Shown: piece by piece, positions 49,551 through 63,776 of the stretch
Position numbering within the stretch: position 1 is the first letter of the stretch
Layout of the letters: each line of letters begins with the position of its first letter
DNA from: Takakia lepidozioides
Lineage: Eukaryota; Plantae; Bryophyta
Length of the DNA: 64,000 bases
Assembly (NCBI GenBank): GCA_030704615.1
Contig: CM060731.1
Coordinates: 74,772,001 to 74,836,000 of the forward strand
Direction of reading: 5' to 3'
The notes under the pieces: generated by a model
The model's database searches: none
Seen by the model: the letters and a program-made list of their open reading frames with translations, nothing else
Told to the model about the DNA's origin: nothing
Made by a program: the position numbers and the translations under genes

Positions 49551-51282
49551 CGCGCCCTACCTGCATGAGTACATAAATCCTTCTTATTCTTCGCGCTCTC
49601 TCCCCTCGAACAACACTCCGCAAAGGATCCCACTCTCACAACGCATCCGTAAAACACCCAAACCAGCGACTCTCGTCCCTCGCCCGTACTCACACCACTC
49701 AACCCAACAAAGAAATAACCGCGCCCACTTTTTATCTCAGTCTCAGACAAGCATGAACACTACACACCGATCTTCACTCTCTGGCAATCCCTTGCCCCAC
49801 CGAGCTATCACAACCCTCCCCCTCTCTCACCTTGCACTAAGCACAGAGACAAACCCACCTCCAACTCTGGTAGCTCTCCAACCCTAGCACACATGCAGAC
49901 TGCATAGAGAGAACATACCCGATGATCAAACAGGTGAGCGATGGCAGAGGGCCGCAACGCAGTCGCGACGGAAGCAGGAGCGAGAGAAAGAGAACCGAGC
50001 CGGTGGTGCTTGTTCTATCGACTGTCGCCGAACCTCGTGTCAACCCTAGCGCTCACCAGGTTCGGGTTAGGTCAGGATCTGGGTCCGTGACATCTTCTGA
50101 CAGAATTAGTGCTAACTAAAGAGAAAAAAACTAACTATCAAAGTAACCCAAAAAAAAAAAAAAAAAGCAACCTCTCAGAGCAGAATTTGAACTTACCCAT
50201 ACATAGAAATACACGTTGTGTTTGTGGCTTTGTATTGACCCTAAAAAAGGAAGGTAGTGACATTTTGTATATGTGATAATATGCATACATGTAGAGCAGT
50301 TTCATTCGGCCCAGATTCTAGAGTGGTCCAGGAATTACTGTGGCCCAGGAATTAGAGTGGGGGGCTTATGTAGGAAGGCCACATGTATTAAGGAATGAGA
50401 TGAGGGGTCCAAAAAAAAGAAGGGAGGAATTGGCTAAATTTAGAATAGGGAGTCTTGTAGGATTGACATGTTGAGCACCTTCTAGAAGCGTCGTCCTTCT
50501 AGAAGGGTCCCACCGCCGCGTGAGAGGGTATATAAGGGAGGGCCCCTCTTACTACCTACTAACTTACTACCTACTAAATTAATAAATAGTGGGCTCTGCC
50601 AAGGTAGGGCCCCAAAAAAAAAAAGCAAACATGAATCAATTAATTAATAGAAACGTGAATATCTCCCAAACGAAATCCCTTTATAATTGGTATTGTCGGA
50701 GGGTCTTGGTATTTTTCTTTTACCCATGTTGGTGCATATGTTATTTACAACGTCTCAAAATTATATGGTATAGAAGATACGTGAAGGTTCACATTAAGAC
50801 ACAACTCAAAACTACGTCTTTCTCACAAGGAAAGCCCTTCCATACCTTAAAGAAACTCGTAAACATTGTTAGACAAAACACAAAATTCATATTCTCGAAC
50901 CCCCTTACAAAGAGTTTTTGTGGGGACACATGGAATTGAGTGGTTATGTTGGGCAACGTAGGTGTGAGATTGAATAGTTGGAATCTCCCTAATAGAGTAT
51001 GAAGTGAGTCAAGGATGTCAAGAAACCCAATTTTTTCAAATTACATACACATATAGATAATTTATTGCCGGAGATTTTGAAGTATCCAACGTCTTCATTC
51101 TAGCTTCATACTAAATTCATTTTACCCTTCATCATGCTTCCACATTTCAGATTAGTCACTACAGCTGAGTAGTTCTCTGAACTCAGAAACAGATTCCACC
51201 TCAAGTCCACATAAAAAACTTAATGACTCCTTATATAGTAATCATGTCTTCCATTGTTCACTTTCCTTTCTAAAGTATAAAG

Positions 51283-51449
51283 TATGACGCCTCCCGAAGG
51301 GAGCGTAACTTATGGTGTCACTTCACCACAAGGGCTACTTTCTTCCAGCTGAAAGGTGGACACCTTCATGACACACCAGACCATGGTTTGAACCCACAAC
51401 CACATCCAACGTGGTATGTGCCCATTATCACTGGGCTACATGCTGGTTG
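51283..51449 (-). mobile_element. tRNA-derived SINE-like element
   Basis: Minus strand has A-box-like TAGCCCAGTGAT and B-box-like GGGTTCAAACC. Homologous copy at 54050-54221; fragments at ~56557-56578 and 57160-57310. Confidence 0.65.
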
Positions 51450-51563
51450 TTCTTTCCTTTCTACAGATTCTCTCTTCTCTCTTTACTTGGGATAGCACTC
51501 CTTAAAGCTAGATGAGTCTGATTGATTTTCTCTGTGAGAACCTTGCAAACATTACACATATTT

Positions 51564-52094
51564 TCAATCGCTTATACCATCTTCAGGCTTGTTACTTTCT
51601 TCATCATTATCATCTTTCAAAAAGCGCTCAAAAGGTTGTCCTTTGTTGACTATTTTAAAAATCTCCGCCCATGTCTCGCGATTCTTTGGGTCCATTTCTC
51701 GTACGACTGCTGCCAATTCCGAAGGAGTGTAGCCATACGCCCAGGAGTTGAGCTTGGTAGAAGAGGGGGAAAGAAACTCCTTAATCTTAGGCCACAATTT
51801 CAAAGGAACTTTTGCCGTAACTAGCTGTTGGTTTGAGAGTGCACTAAGACATTGATTCCAGCTTTGTGTGCTCACAGGGTAAGGCAAATTGTTGACTTGC
51901 AAGATTCTAGATCTCACATCCTTCACAAGCTCTCTTAGTATCAACTTGTTCTTCTTTGTACGTTCTTCTCGTGCCTCTTTTTCCAAGGTCATGATTCTTT
52001 TCTCAAGCTCCCCACACTTTTTCTCCAATGCCACATAGCTAGCACTTTCTATGGCCTTTTTCACATCAACAATACTTATCGTTGGCTTTGACAT
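51564..52094 (-). CDS. Hypothetical 176-aa intronless protein with an N-terminal coiled coil
   Basis: Uninterrupted ATG-to-TGA ORF in AT-rich DNA with protein-like composition. No family recognised. Confidence 0.5.
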   Translation of the reverse strand: MSKPTISIVDVKKAIESASYVALEKKCGELEKRIMTLEKEAREERTKKNKLILRELVKDVRSRILQVNNLPYPVSTQSWNQCLSALSNQQLVTAKVPLKLWPKIKEFLSPSSTKLNSWAYGYTPSELAAVVREMDPKNRETWAEIFKIVNKGQPFERFLKDDNDEESNKPEDGISD

Positions 52095-54049
52095 GTTGGT
52101 GGTGATTTATGTTGCAATATTGTTTCGTCTTTTTTGTACTAACAAAGGTATAATGGGAACTCACCGCCCTTCTTGTTTATCCGCATTCTTGTTTTGCATG
52201 AGATTATGTACCTCACCATCACGTTCAAGAGAATTGGATGAATGCCATAATAGTCTTCCCTGTAGCATTTCAGGATGTAGTTTTAGATGTCTCGGCTTGA
52301 ATGAGACGAAATGTATCCCTTTGTCAGTTTCCTTAATTACATCCAAAACTTATGTCTGAATCCCAAGCGATAGGCTATAATAGAACAAACATCATTTAAG
52401 AGAATGTCATTTAGTAAGAAATGAAGGGCTTACCTTTGAATTCCATAATTTAGCTTTCCTCCTCCTCCTTTCAATCTCTCTCCTTCTCTTCCCTCGCCTC
52501 CTCTCTCGATCTCTCTCCACCTCTCTCTCCTTAAGCCGCCACCACCGCCTATGCTTCTCCCTCACTCTATCTGTCACTTGATATTCCACCTTCCTTTTAC
52601 TTCCCTCTAATTTTCCAGACGACATAAGGAAAATTGTACATACGACCAAATAAGTCAGGATGTGAGAACCATTGCTCTAACATATGATGAAAATATAGTT
52701 TAGAAATATAGAATACTACGGCTACATTTAAATTTAATGCTCAAGAACATGAACAGTTTTTATCAAAGGTAAAGATAATGAAATATCCTACACGTCCTCG
52801 AAAATAAAATATGGTTGTAAACATAGAACATCCACTATCCATCATCACCATGAACGTCAAACAATTTGGAGGAACAAAGGTATGTAGTGAGTACCAGGAG
52901 AGGAAGGAGACGGTTGGCATAGACAACGGCTGTTGGATAAGGTCCCCTATGGAATCAGCTCAATCCATGTTCACATACATACATATACATACATAGATGG
53001 GATGGACCCCCACCACATAACCAAAGGCATTGCATTATCCATTTTTCTTCCTCATCAAGATAGAATTTCGAAAGAAGTTTGGAGATGAACCTGCCACATG
53101 TATAATCTGCTCATCAAAATTATTTGTTTATATATTTTAATTCGTTGAATCATTTATTTATAAAATATATTATGTCTGATTGAAAATAGGTTACTTGTGT
53201 ATTTTTTAGACAAATACTTTATTGAGATATTCGTGACCAAAAACCAGTCACAATACAATATAGCATTCACACCAAATGGATTTGAATGTATCAAATGAAA
53301 GAGCCATATATAATTAGCCATTGCAGTGTCCTGATTTTTTTCATTTTGTTGCTGCCAAATTGAATTTTGTCATCTAAGCATTAAATCATAGAAATTATGC
53401 TCAAAACCAATCATTTCTATTTATTTCAATTAATAATTTTATTAAAAAAAATCAATGTATCTTTAAACTTCACCATGGAAAAAGTTTGAGAAAACAAAAA
53501 CTAATATTTGAGGAATAGATAAAGAAGTGGATTGTTGTACATGCAATCTTCAAGAATCTACAATAGAGACCGAATAGGGTACATGCGTGCTCTCTTCCAA
53601 TTTACATGACGCCCTAAAGAGATCCCAAAGATAGATATTCAAACAATGTTCCACATTCAAGATAACACTGAGTTACTAGTACATGTTGTGCACGGACCTT
53701 TGGAGAGTTAACTTGAAATGTGTTTGCCTGATCTTCCAATACATAATACTTTTTCGTTGATCTAACATCTGTCAAAGGTTACCTTTGGCAAAATCCAATA
53801 CCTATAAGCCTATGTAAATATATCATTTTCCCTTGTAGCTATTATATACATAGATACCCACTTCCTTGCAATTCGGGTAGATTAAAAAACTGACGATGTC
53901 GTGGTATTTAGGTATCCTAATCCTACTCTATACCAAAAGTAGTCTTTGTCATTTGTTTTCCTAGTCGTCACTAGAATTACTATCTTTGAAACTAGAAGTA
54001 TTAGGAAAATTAAATATCTGCCCAACACTTGGTGTGGATAATAATATTA

Positions 54050-54221
54050 TATGACACCTCACAAGGAAGAGTAAATTATGGTGTCTATTGACCCTGAACG
54101 ACTACTACCTTTCGAGAGGAATGTGGATACTGGATACCTTTGTGACACCAATCAGCGGATTGAACCCACGACCACTTCTGAGGTGGTATTTGCCCACTAT
54201 CACTAGGCTACAACTTGGTTG
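54050..54221 (-). mobile_element. tRNA-derived SINE-like element, second copy
   Basis: Colinear with 51283-51449 (TATGACrCCTC..TTATGGTGTC..TTGAACCCAC..TATCACTrGGCTACA..TGGTTG). Confidence 0.62.
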
Positions 54222-56179
54222 TCTTAGTGTGGATAGTAATGTTGGTTTGGTATTGGAAATAGGGCTGCGCATTGCTCCACACCAGCCCCTCCTTTTTAGG
54301 CGGAAAAAAACTAAAAGCACCAAAAATGTGGGCCCGCGACACCCCTATACAAAAAAACAGGGGCAAAAATAAAAAATATTGTCGAAATGGGGCGGGGCCT
54401 TGCCAGCTAGTGCTAGAAAGCACCTTGGGAACCCACTCTTTTTCTGGGAACGGGGGAGCATGACGCCCTAAATCCAAGGGCTGGCGCCCCATCGCACTTG
54501 GGGTCAGCATGATTTCGCCATCTGCACCTATAGCCACCGTCCGGTCTCCAGCCAGTAGCCATATTGCACATATATATGTAGCTATATTGCAGTCATATAT
54601 GGTAACCATATCCTGAGTGCCATATTGCACCGTCCGATCGTCATATTGCATATATGTAGCCAGGTGGATTCTAGGTGCACATTGTACTAGTCGCCACCTC
54701 TGCACTCAGTCCCAAAAATATTTCGCTAGTATGCAATTCCGCAGATGGCACCCATAACCGCGGGCGGGATGTCCCTATAGGCATGCCAATGACAAGGTTA
54801 TGAAGAGCACAGTTGCCAAGGATCCAACCAATTGCTAAGATATTGACAGTGGGCACAATGAAGATTAGTAATTAAGGGGAAGCTGGTATAGTGGATGGTA
54901 ATTAGGGTTTTCTTAGGGTTTCTTTAGGGTTTTTAGGGGTTTTTTCCCCCCACAGATGCGCTAAATTTTTTTCTTGTTTTTTCGAGTTTTTAGGGTTTTT
55001 AGGGTTTTCTTAGGGGGTTCTTAGAGGGGTTTTATTTTCCCCGCAGATGCCACTGAAAGTGGCGTGCACACCACTGTCCACGCCTATGCAGAAACGAAAA
55101 AAAAAAAAAGTGCTTCGCACTATTAGTGACAATTTCTGAGAACAATATTCAAATATTACAAAAACTTAATGAAAGAGTACAATTTGATGATACTTTTGTC
55201 TTATTCAAGCAACGTTGGGGTTAGAGCTGACATTAGCCACTTCATTGTATGGAAACTGCTCCTATAAAGGGTGGGTTCTATAAATGTTTTTTAAGTCAAA
55301 ATCTTAACAAGTAGATTTAAAATATTTAAACATAGAGATTAAACAAATGTACATACATCTAATATCTAGCATAGAATTGATTGAGGTGTACTTATAATAA
55401 ATTAATATATCTATATTCTAATTATCCATAATATAGACAAGGGACAAAAAACCAACATTAAGAGTTTTGACATTTCATTAGCTGTTACTATATATATATA
55501 TCGCAATATATTGGTAAATCGAAACTTGTCCACCACAAAACCAAAAAAATTCGAAAATTGGACATACCATTGTGTTTGGTGGTTTTATCATAATTAATAT
55601 GTAGAAGTGTTATAACATTTACGTTAAATGTGTGACAAAAATAAAATAAAAACAAAACAAAACAATGCTAAAGCAAATTCGCAAAAAAAAAATTTCAAAA
55701 TGCAGTTGTTTTCTTGGGTAGCTTAAAAAATGATGACGATGACGTGGCCGAAGAAAGGAATATGACAGTACTATTGGAGCACATTTGTAGAAAAAGATCT
55801 GCCCAAAAACGTCAATCTAACGGCGCAGGGTCACGGACCTTGCTCCACAGTTGGCTCAAGCCGGTAGAATTGCTGCCGGGCCCGCCTTAAATCTGCCTCC
55901 CGCCCGGCATTTTGGCCAAGCATACTGGGACCCCGCCAACCACTGTACAAAGATTTTAGTCCTTCCGATATGGTGTCGGGAGATATTGCCTTCGCTTCTT
56001 CCATGGTGGAAGCGTACATAGATTTTTAGTCCTTCTGATATGGTGTCAGGTGAATTTGGCTTCGCTTCTTCCATGGCGGGAGAGGCTTCTTCCGTGGCGG
56101 AAGCGGGAAACCCAGATATTGTTTTCACTCAAGCTACGAGAGCCATACAGACTGTTTCGGTTCAAGCTGCGATCAACAT

Positions 56180-56330
56180 TCAAGCTGCGATCACAGGCTG
56201 TTCCCTATTTCGATCAACATTCCCTTTCTTACCAGGAAGAGATCCACCGTGCTTCCATCTTTGTCTCGGCTGGTGTTGATCCTCAACCATCAATGCATTC
56301 AAAAACACCTCATTCTTCATCTTCAAGCTA
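56180..56330 (-). pseudogene. Possible PIF/Harbinger-like transposase N-terminal remnant
   Basis: Reads ..RWKHGGSLPGKKGNVDRNREQ, resembling the GGS-x-PG-x(3)-N-x-x-R-x-R start of plant Harbinger-type nucleases. No DDE core follows. Confidence 0.35.
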
Positions 56331-57132
56331 TGCCCTCAACCCAGCCATCTTTTGCGCTCTCCAAAGATCCATTTCAACGCTCAAGAAACTGTGATCGCGC
56401 CTGCCAAGTTGTGATCGGCGCTCTCTGTGCCGGGTCTTCTACCGTCCCAACCATGGAGTGCCAACCAAACCGTCCCTGCAAAAATTACCATCGGCCCTGT
56501 AACCAGGGCATATAGCGTTTGACGTGCCATGCTCACCCTGGAGATGTTCTAACTAGCACTGGGCTACATGCTGGTTGTCAGGTTAACATCTACTAGGGCT
56601 TCGCGTTGCTCTGCACTACTAGCGACGACTTCTGAGAAGGACGTCCGGATGGCCGGGCTATACTCGAGGATCATGAGAGAGAATACGGATCATGCAGCCT
56701 GCCAAAATGTCGGTCACGCAGTCCCGATTGGTTGGGGGGGGGGGGGGAGGGGAGTTGGAAAGGTCTTCCATGGGTCGTCTTGGTACAACAAGTAGATTTG
56801 GACTATGATAAAACAATATTTTTTTATTATCCATTGTGAGTATGCATTGGGACAAAATGTAGACTTTTTGAAGAGGAGAAGGAGGACGGTCTTTATAAAA
56901 TATGGTGGCCCTTACATGGAATGTTTTGATGTGTCTAATGTAAGCTCTACCAAGCTATGCTTTTGCTCCAGTTGTCGTCGTTTGACTCTGTCTCCTCTTG
57001 TGCTTTGGCCAGCAGTTTGACTCCTTTTAGTTGGAATGAAAGCCTGGGTTTCTTGTGACGGGCGATTATTCAAGGGCCCAAATTACAACAGGTGACCTGC
57101 CTCCTCGAACCGGCTACCTAACACATGATATT

Positions 57133-57310
57133 CGGGAATAGGGTGATTCCTGCTCAAACATGCGTAACTTATGGTATCATTTCATCCAAATGGTTTATGA
57201 TTTATGTTTGGAAAGTGGACACGGGAATAGGGTGATTCCTGCTCAAACATGCGTAACTTATGGTATCATTTCATCCAAATGGTTTATGATTTATGCTTGG
57301 AAAGTGGACA
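57133..57310. repeat. 89-bp tandem duplication
   Basis: 57133-57221 and 57222-57310 differ at one base. Confidence 0.95.
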
Positions 57311-60300
57311 CATTCAAATGGCCGCGATTGCAACATTAAACGACCGATTGACATACCAACCAAGTTGGGCTGGTTATGATGATGGATAGCATCCATCTTA
57401 CACCTCGGTGGCTTTTAACCCATGATCCTTTATAAGGCCATTTTGCCTCCTAACACTTCAATTCAAAGGTATACATAAAATCAATATTAGAAATTCATTC
57501 AGCAAATCTGAAAATTGAAGCTTCATGTATCCAAATGGATGTAGTTGGCATCTCTTCCACGTAGAAGTATAATATCCATGACTGATCAGTAACATATTGA
57601 TTAGCCTGGCTCATAATGCTTGCTAGGTCTATGTTTGCGACTCATTGTATGCCAACATTGACGATGTTTTGTCCACGTTCTCCTTCTTTTAGATCTTTTT
57701 GTATTGACAATAACTGCCTCAATTTTTTAGTGGAAGAAGGCTTAAGGAAATGGGTCACCTACTTGTACAAAGGAATTATGGGGGGTGAAATCCGAAAATT
57801 TTGCCGAAAATCACCAGTAGTCGAGAGTTAGGAGCCTAATTTTGCAGTTAAAACATGCCACATGGTATGTAGCCACTTTTCTAGCCCTGCCACCTCGTTA
57901 TTCTCGCCACATGGGCATTGGATAGAATTCACATGTGGCCCGGTCAGCGATTTTGGGAAAAAAAAAAAAAAAAAAAAAAAAAACACTCCACAGGGATGGT
58001 GGGAAATTTCGTGACAGGGGTCCATTTTTAGAGAAGCTGACACGGTGGAAAGAACTTAGGAAGAAAACGGGATTAGAACAGATTCCCAAAAAAGATATTC
58101 AAAATTCTCCAGGGCAGCTTTAAAATGATAACGATGACGTGTCACTATGGCACCCTACACTAAAACTAGTCTCCAACCTTCACTCCTCACTAGATCTTGA
58201 GGACTCCACAAGAGAGAAGAGAGTGAATCGGTTACTACGACAAGGGCCACTTTTGGGCCACCTTCAAAGCAAACTTTATTTTGCTTTGTATTTTCAGTGC
58301 GCTCCCCCAAGGAGAAGATAAGCCAGTTTCTGAAGCGGCGTCCTGCCAAGGAATCTTTCACTGCTGCAAGGTCTCCAACTTCTGTACACGTGGCAGACAT
58401 TCTGTACGTAGGAATGGCGTTGGTGATGGCCACGGGGTGGACCCAGTGATTGGCGGGGCCGCGAGCAGGTCAACTGGTGGCCATCACCTACGTAGTCGTA
58501 CTAGAGAACGGGCCGTGTTTGGCCGATTCTGCCCTGTAAGCGGCCTCTGGGCGAGGCCTATGGCCGCGCACAGAGTCGGCCAACGCGGCCCGTTCACTCG
58601 CGTTAAAAGCAGGTGTGGCAGATTCTCTCGGCTACGTGGCGCGATATGGGTTTCGATTATCCCATATCGATTGCCCAGATTCAGAGCCCCGGAGAGGATA
58701 TAAAGGGGGCGAGCCTCAGGGGAACGCGGTTGGGTTGTTGGCTGATGACATGGGCCTCGGCCATCCCTGCCGATTCGGTCTGAGAAGTAGGCCGAAAAAG
58801 TGGCAGAATCTGCCACACCTGCTTATAACGGATGGAGAAGTATCAGCCCCAGATATCGCTATCAGAGCTAGGATGGCCCGACAAGGCTTGCCACGTGGTG
58901 CAACATGGCAAACTCCCTTGACAAGTGAAGGGCCAAACCCTTTGAAGCGTTGGGTGGGAGGGCACAACACGGCCGCCGTTCAAGCATGTCCAAACCCTCT
59001 GACCCTCTCATGAACTGTATTAGGTTCACCCCTGTCTCTTGTTACGGGATTGTAACCGTTGTACACGGGAAAAATAGCATTGGAAAGCTTCCAATGTGCC
59101 CCATCTTTTTGTTGTTGGACCAATTTTCAATAGAGTTCATCTACCTAGAGTAATTTGTAAAATAAGGGCCCATCATGGTGCACCTTGCATTTGGTTGTAA
59201 CCATTTTATAAAATCTTAAGATACCATTGGAAAGCTCTTTATATGCCCCATCATATTGTAGTTGGAACAATTTTCCGTAGAGTTAATCTACATAGGATAA
59301 TTTGAGTGTAAAGCAAAGGTAAGATGGTTCATTCCTCTTCAAAAATCGCTAAGCCCCTGTTGTGCCTTCCCTAGGTGTGACCTCCTCTCCTTTGTTGAAA
59401 ATTACTTCATGAAGTGCCTCCAGGTAACACCTCCCTCAAGTAACATCTCCCTCAGGTAACATCTATCTTATCCTACAATTTATGAAGAAAATAGATGAAA
59501 TTTTAAGCTTATTATGGATGAAAGTAGATGTTGCTATTCACAAAGAGGAGCCATAAGTAACTAGCCGCTTGTTTGGTATCCCCCACATCATGATGTTGAC
59601 TCTTTCGGAATATTGTTAGGACATACTTTCAACCAATCAGCCAGTGTTTTGGATGCAATAAGAACCAGGAAACAGGAAACAGAACACTCCTGCCGATGTA
59701 TTGTACAAAGGAGCAATTTCCACACACTAGTAAGAAAAAGAACCATGTGCACTCTTCAAACTGTGCTGAAACCCACATCATTCTATCATATGGAATGTAC
59801 TGTATTATTTGGCTCTCCTATCCTTGGAGAAAGAACCCACAAACAAACCAAAAAATGCACACACTCCAATCTAAGCAAGGAGACAACATTGAAAGACATG
59901 ACTGTAGGTGTTGGAGTGAGGTGGCTTGGCGACTCTTTTGGGCCCCAAAAGCCCCCCATGGCCCACCATAACCTCACAATCTCTGTATCTCTCTGGCCCA
60001 TAATGGCTTTGACATGTGCAAAGGTCCTGCCTACAAACAGATGTCATGACATGCACGGGGCTACCACTTGCGCAAATGAGCCCATAGGCTATACCTCAGA
60101 TATACAACTATGACCACGAAGAGGCAGAGCACAAGGTTAGCAAGAGTGGAGGTGCAGAGATCCAACCGCCTGGCCATGCAATGATCAGGTCTCCAAAAGA
60201 ACCAATCAAGCAGTGCGCATTTTGCATGACGCTTTATGTCAGTTGTCTTCATATGTGGATGGAATTTTCCTACGTCCAAAAGTTTTCAGTCATGACTTCT

Positions 60301-62171
60301 TAGAGTCCAGATACCCTTTCTTCAGATCCAGCTTCTCTTGCCAATCGCACTGTAGCAATCAAGAACTCGGACATGACAAACACCATTTATGGTGGGAAGC
60401 ACTGATCAAGGCAGGATCAGTCACAGTGGCCAAGGTTGTGGGTCCGTCCGGACGGACGCAGATGGGGACGGGAGGCCCATCCCTGCTCCCAAGCATAGAT
60501 TTGCCAAAACCCTTTGGCGTTATGAAGTCAAAATAGTTCAACTCCACTGGAATGTTATGGCCTCCACATGGTTTTGAGAACATGGGAAATGTTGCTCTCC
60601 AGGGCTATTGCCTAAACCAGGGCTGCTGCCCCACAGGAAGGACGGGTAAAATTTGGCAACTGTGAAGTGTCGCCTTGAGTTGGTGTTGAATGTCCATTTA
60701 CAGACAACAAAGACAACAACTTCAGTAGAAGCAATAAAAATAAGCAGTCAGATCTGGCAAAACAGTTCATGGAGCACGTGCACTGGTGCGGGCCCGGCCC
60801 TGTTGTGAAACCTGCAAGCTACCACACTGCTGCCTCTCACTCCTCCGTAGAAGTCTGCCCTTATCAGGTATGCTGTGGTCCCCAATTCCCAGATTCCAAA
60901 TTGTCCGCATTGAATGCAGATGCAGCTCCCCACTGAGAATCTAGAGCAATCGAGTGCCTCCTTCCAACTGTTGGGAAGTGGGCACTTTCGGATGGCCGTT
61001 GAGACAGCGGTGGGTGTCTCAACGACATGGCACTGACAAGCCACGTTGGGTGGCGCAAACAACCTTGAGAGAAAATACGTACTGCAAACTCCACTTGGAA
61101 TCATGGATCGAGGGGTCGAAAAACTTCTCATGCTTTAGAGAATTTATGAATTAGGGTCACCGTCCGCCTATTGGGTTTCAGGATTTAGATTGCGTTTACA
61201 GTGGACAAGTGTTGGGCCCAACAGGTCCTAGCTGTATGTGTCTCCATGACATAGATAGAAAAACTCTAAATGCAGAGGCAAGCACTGGCGGAGAGTGATT
61301 TTCTCTTCCACCTCCGAGCACTAAGTTAGTAGTACGTTACGTAAAACTAGCTAGTTGCTGTGCAGTCTGCCTCTCCTGTATCTCCGGGAGAAATCCTACC
61401 GCGCCCACCGAGACCCTTTCCAAACATATGTGTTTGTCGGCTTGTCCTCTCCATCTCTGCTGGTTTACACCCACATCACTATATCGATTACTTGCCCCCT
61501 GGATGAGTATGAAACTCATGAAGAAGGCTCCTTTCTTTCCAAATTCACAAGAGTGAGACTGTCTTGTGTTCACAGTAGAGCTACGTTCTAAGCACCCATT
61601 CAATTTTTCGAGGACGGGAGGGGATGTAGGCAACATCAACAATCGCACCTGGTTTTGCAATCGCATCTGCGACTCATATTGGGCGCTGAGAAACACACAT
61701 TATCTGTAGCATATAAAGGTGTGTTTCTCTCTCTTCCGGCCGAAAAGAGCGCGCGGTATGTCCCCAAAGCTAGGCAGTGAATACGTTTTCCCTTTCACTT
61801 GCTCGTTTAGCACACAAGCGACAGGAAGTGGAGCTGAATTCCTTACAGGTTCGTGTGCACCACATTTGTAACAGAGGGGAAGGATTTTCTTAGCCTAAAG
61901 AAACGTTTCTCCTCAACAAAACTCAAATCCCCGTCTGTTGGGCAGTGGGGCCCGAGGGCCTATAGGGCAAAGTAGAACAAACTCCAAACGTCTCTCACAA
62001 AGGAGGGAGAGAGAAAGAATCCCTGGTTTTAAGAACATGGACCGTCAGACCCCTCTTACCAGTGATCAAGGGTGCTGACCAGGGTGTAGGGTGCTTCTAA
62101 GCGAAATTCCCCTGAAGGTAGATTGTTGTTTGTGTGCAGGTAAATTGAAGAGGTTCGCTGAAGCACTTAAA

Positions 62172-63776
62172 ATGGTGCATTTCGGGCATTTTATTTCGGC
62201 CAACCAGGTTACGGGCTGGGAAGAGTATATCTCTCTCTTATCTTTACTTTGTTTGCTTTTGGGTTTCTATCTGAAATGAGATTATGGAATGATGGGATTG
62301 AATATGGAATGATTGAGACATAATAGACAAGCTTTATAGACACTCTTGTGCCCCTCCTATCGTTTAGGACGTAGCCCAGTTTAGGATCTACTTTGTATTG
62401 CTCCTATAGCTCACACAGCAGTTTACAAATCCACTCTGAAAGAATCTGATAACTTACTATATTCTTGACCAGTTATTACATTGGCTACAAGTTTTTGAAG
62501 AAGACGATAAAGCATTATGCCTCGCGGGCCACTATTGCGTCTGAAGAGGAGCGTGAGGAAATCGTGAAGTCCTTCTCTGAAATTTTAGATTCACAGGTTT
62601 ATACTTCACCCTTGATGGAGGTCCTGTGTCATCCAAGGGGCTGGGGGAAGAGGGAGAGTTGGACCCAATAGACTTGGCTTGCTGTATTTTTGTGACCGTA
62701 TACCCTGAGCAGAACTGTGAAGAAGAGTCAGGGAACTTATTGAGCACTTCATGCAAATGTTGACATTGATGTACCCTTGAGGGCCCAGTTACCTTGGGGA
62801 ATATGCCCTGGAAGAATTAGGGCTTCATCTTCAGATATGGACTATTCCTGTACCGCTGTATCTTGTGCTGCATAGGCAGAGCAATAATAATGTGCTTTCT
62901 CTGCAGATAGAGAAGATTGTCCTCTTTTTGATAGAGAAGCAAGGGGTTCTGGCTGGGCGGTTGCAAAGACTACGGGAGAGGCGAGAAAGCTCACAAGAGA
63001 CAACAGAGGGGGACACTGAAGCTGCACTACTTGAGCGACCCTCGAGCCCATGGCCATGCCTAATGGATGACTACAGGTATGATTTATACCATCAGAGAAA
63101 GGTGCTGTTGACATGCTTGTTCATCTTAAACCAAGTTCAATTGCAGCAATTGGCAAATTTTGTGGTACTCTTTGGGTGTCTGCTGTGGCAGTTTCTCTTT
63201 CTCTTCTCCTATCACAGCCTGTCCAGATGCAAAAGAAATAATGTGAAGGGAAATGTTGCAGGCAAGTGGGTCTTGAGCTTCTGCAATTATTGCACTTTGT
63301 GGAGCTTAACACTACTGGCCTTCGCAAGATACTGAAGAAGTTTGACAAGCGGGTTGGTTTTCGGCTCGGTGCACAATATATTGCCTCCCGTTCCAACCAT
63401 CCCTATTCACAGCTCCAGCAGGTCTTCCGCCAAGTGGTAGGTATTTGACTACCCTGGACATACGGAAAATCTTTTCTTCTTTCTCGTTTGACAGGAAATA
63501 TGTGGACCCATATGTTATGTCTGATAAGAAAAGCTATGGAGGAAAAGCAAGTAGGATCCATATATACTTTGGACCTGTCTTTTCACACCGATATGAGGTT
63601 CTCACTTAAAAGTTGGTGTGTGACAGGGCATAGGGGCAATGGTGGCCACCATATCTCAAAATCTTGCTGAGCTCCATTCTCAAAACTTTGAATTTAGCTC
63701 TACTAGTAGTTCTATCTCCCTCTTCCGCCAGGCCTCCCTGCCTTCACGGGTAGTTGCGCAGGAGCCCATTATTCAG
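62172..63776 (+). CDS. SPX-MFS (PHT5/VPT-type vacuolar phosphate transporter), 5' part; exons 62172-62224, 62473-62596, 62907-63076, 63262-63436 and 63627-63776; continues beyond the window
   Basis: [100 protein letters not shown]. All junctions are GT-AG and in phase. Confidence 0.93.

Noticed and set aside
54777-55089. Possible MITE (ATAGGCATG..CACGCCTAT) with a CALHNL Harbinger-like peptide nearby
   Set aside because: A 9-bp imperfect inverted match and a short peptide are within chance; no TSD.
58380-59070. GC-rich segment with a TATA-like GGATATAAAG, possible solo LTR
   Set aside because: No TG..CA pair with a matching TSD, PBS or PPT was found.
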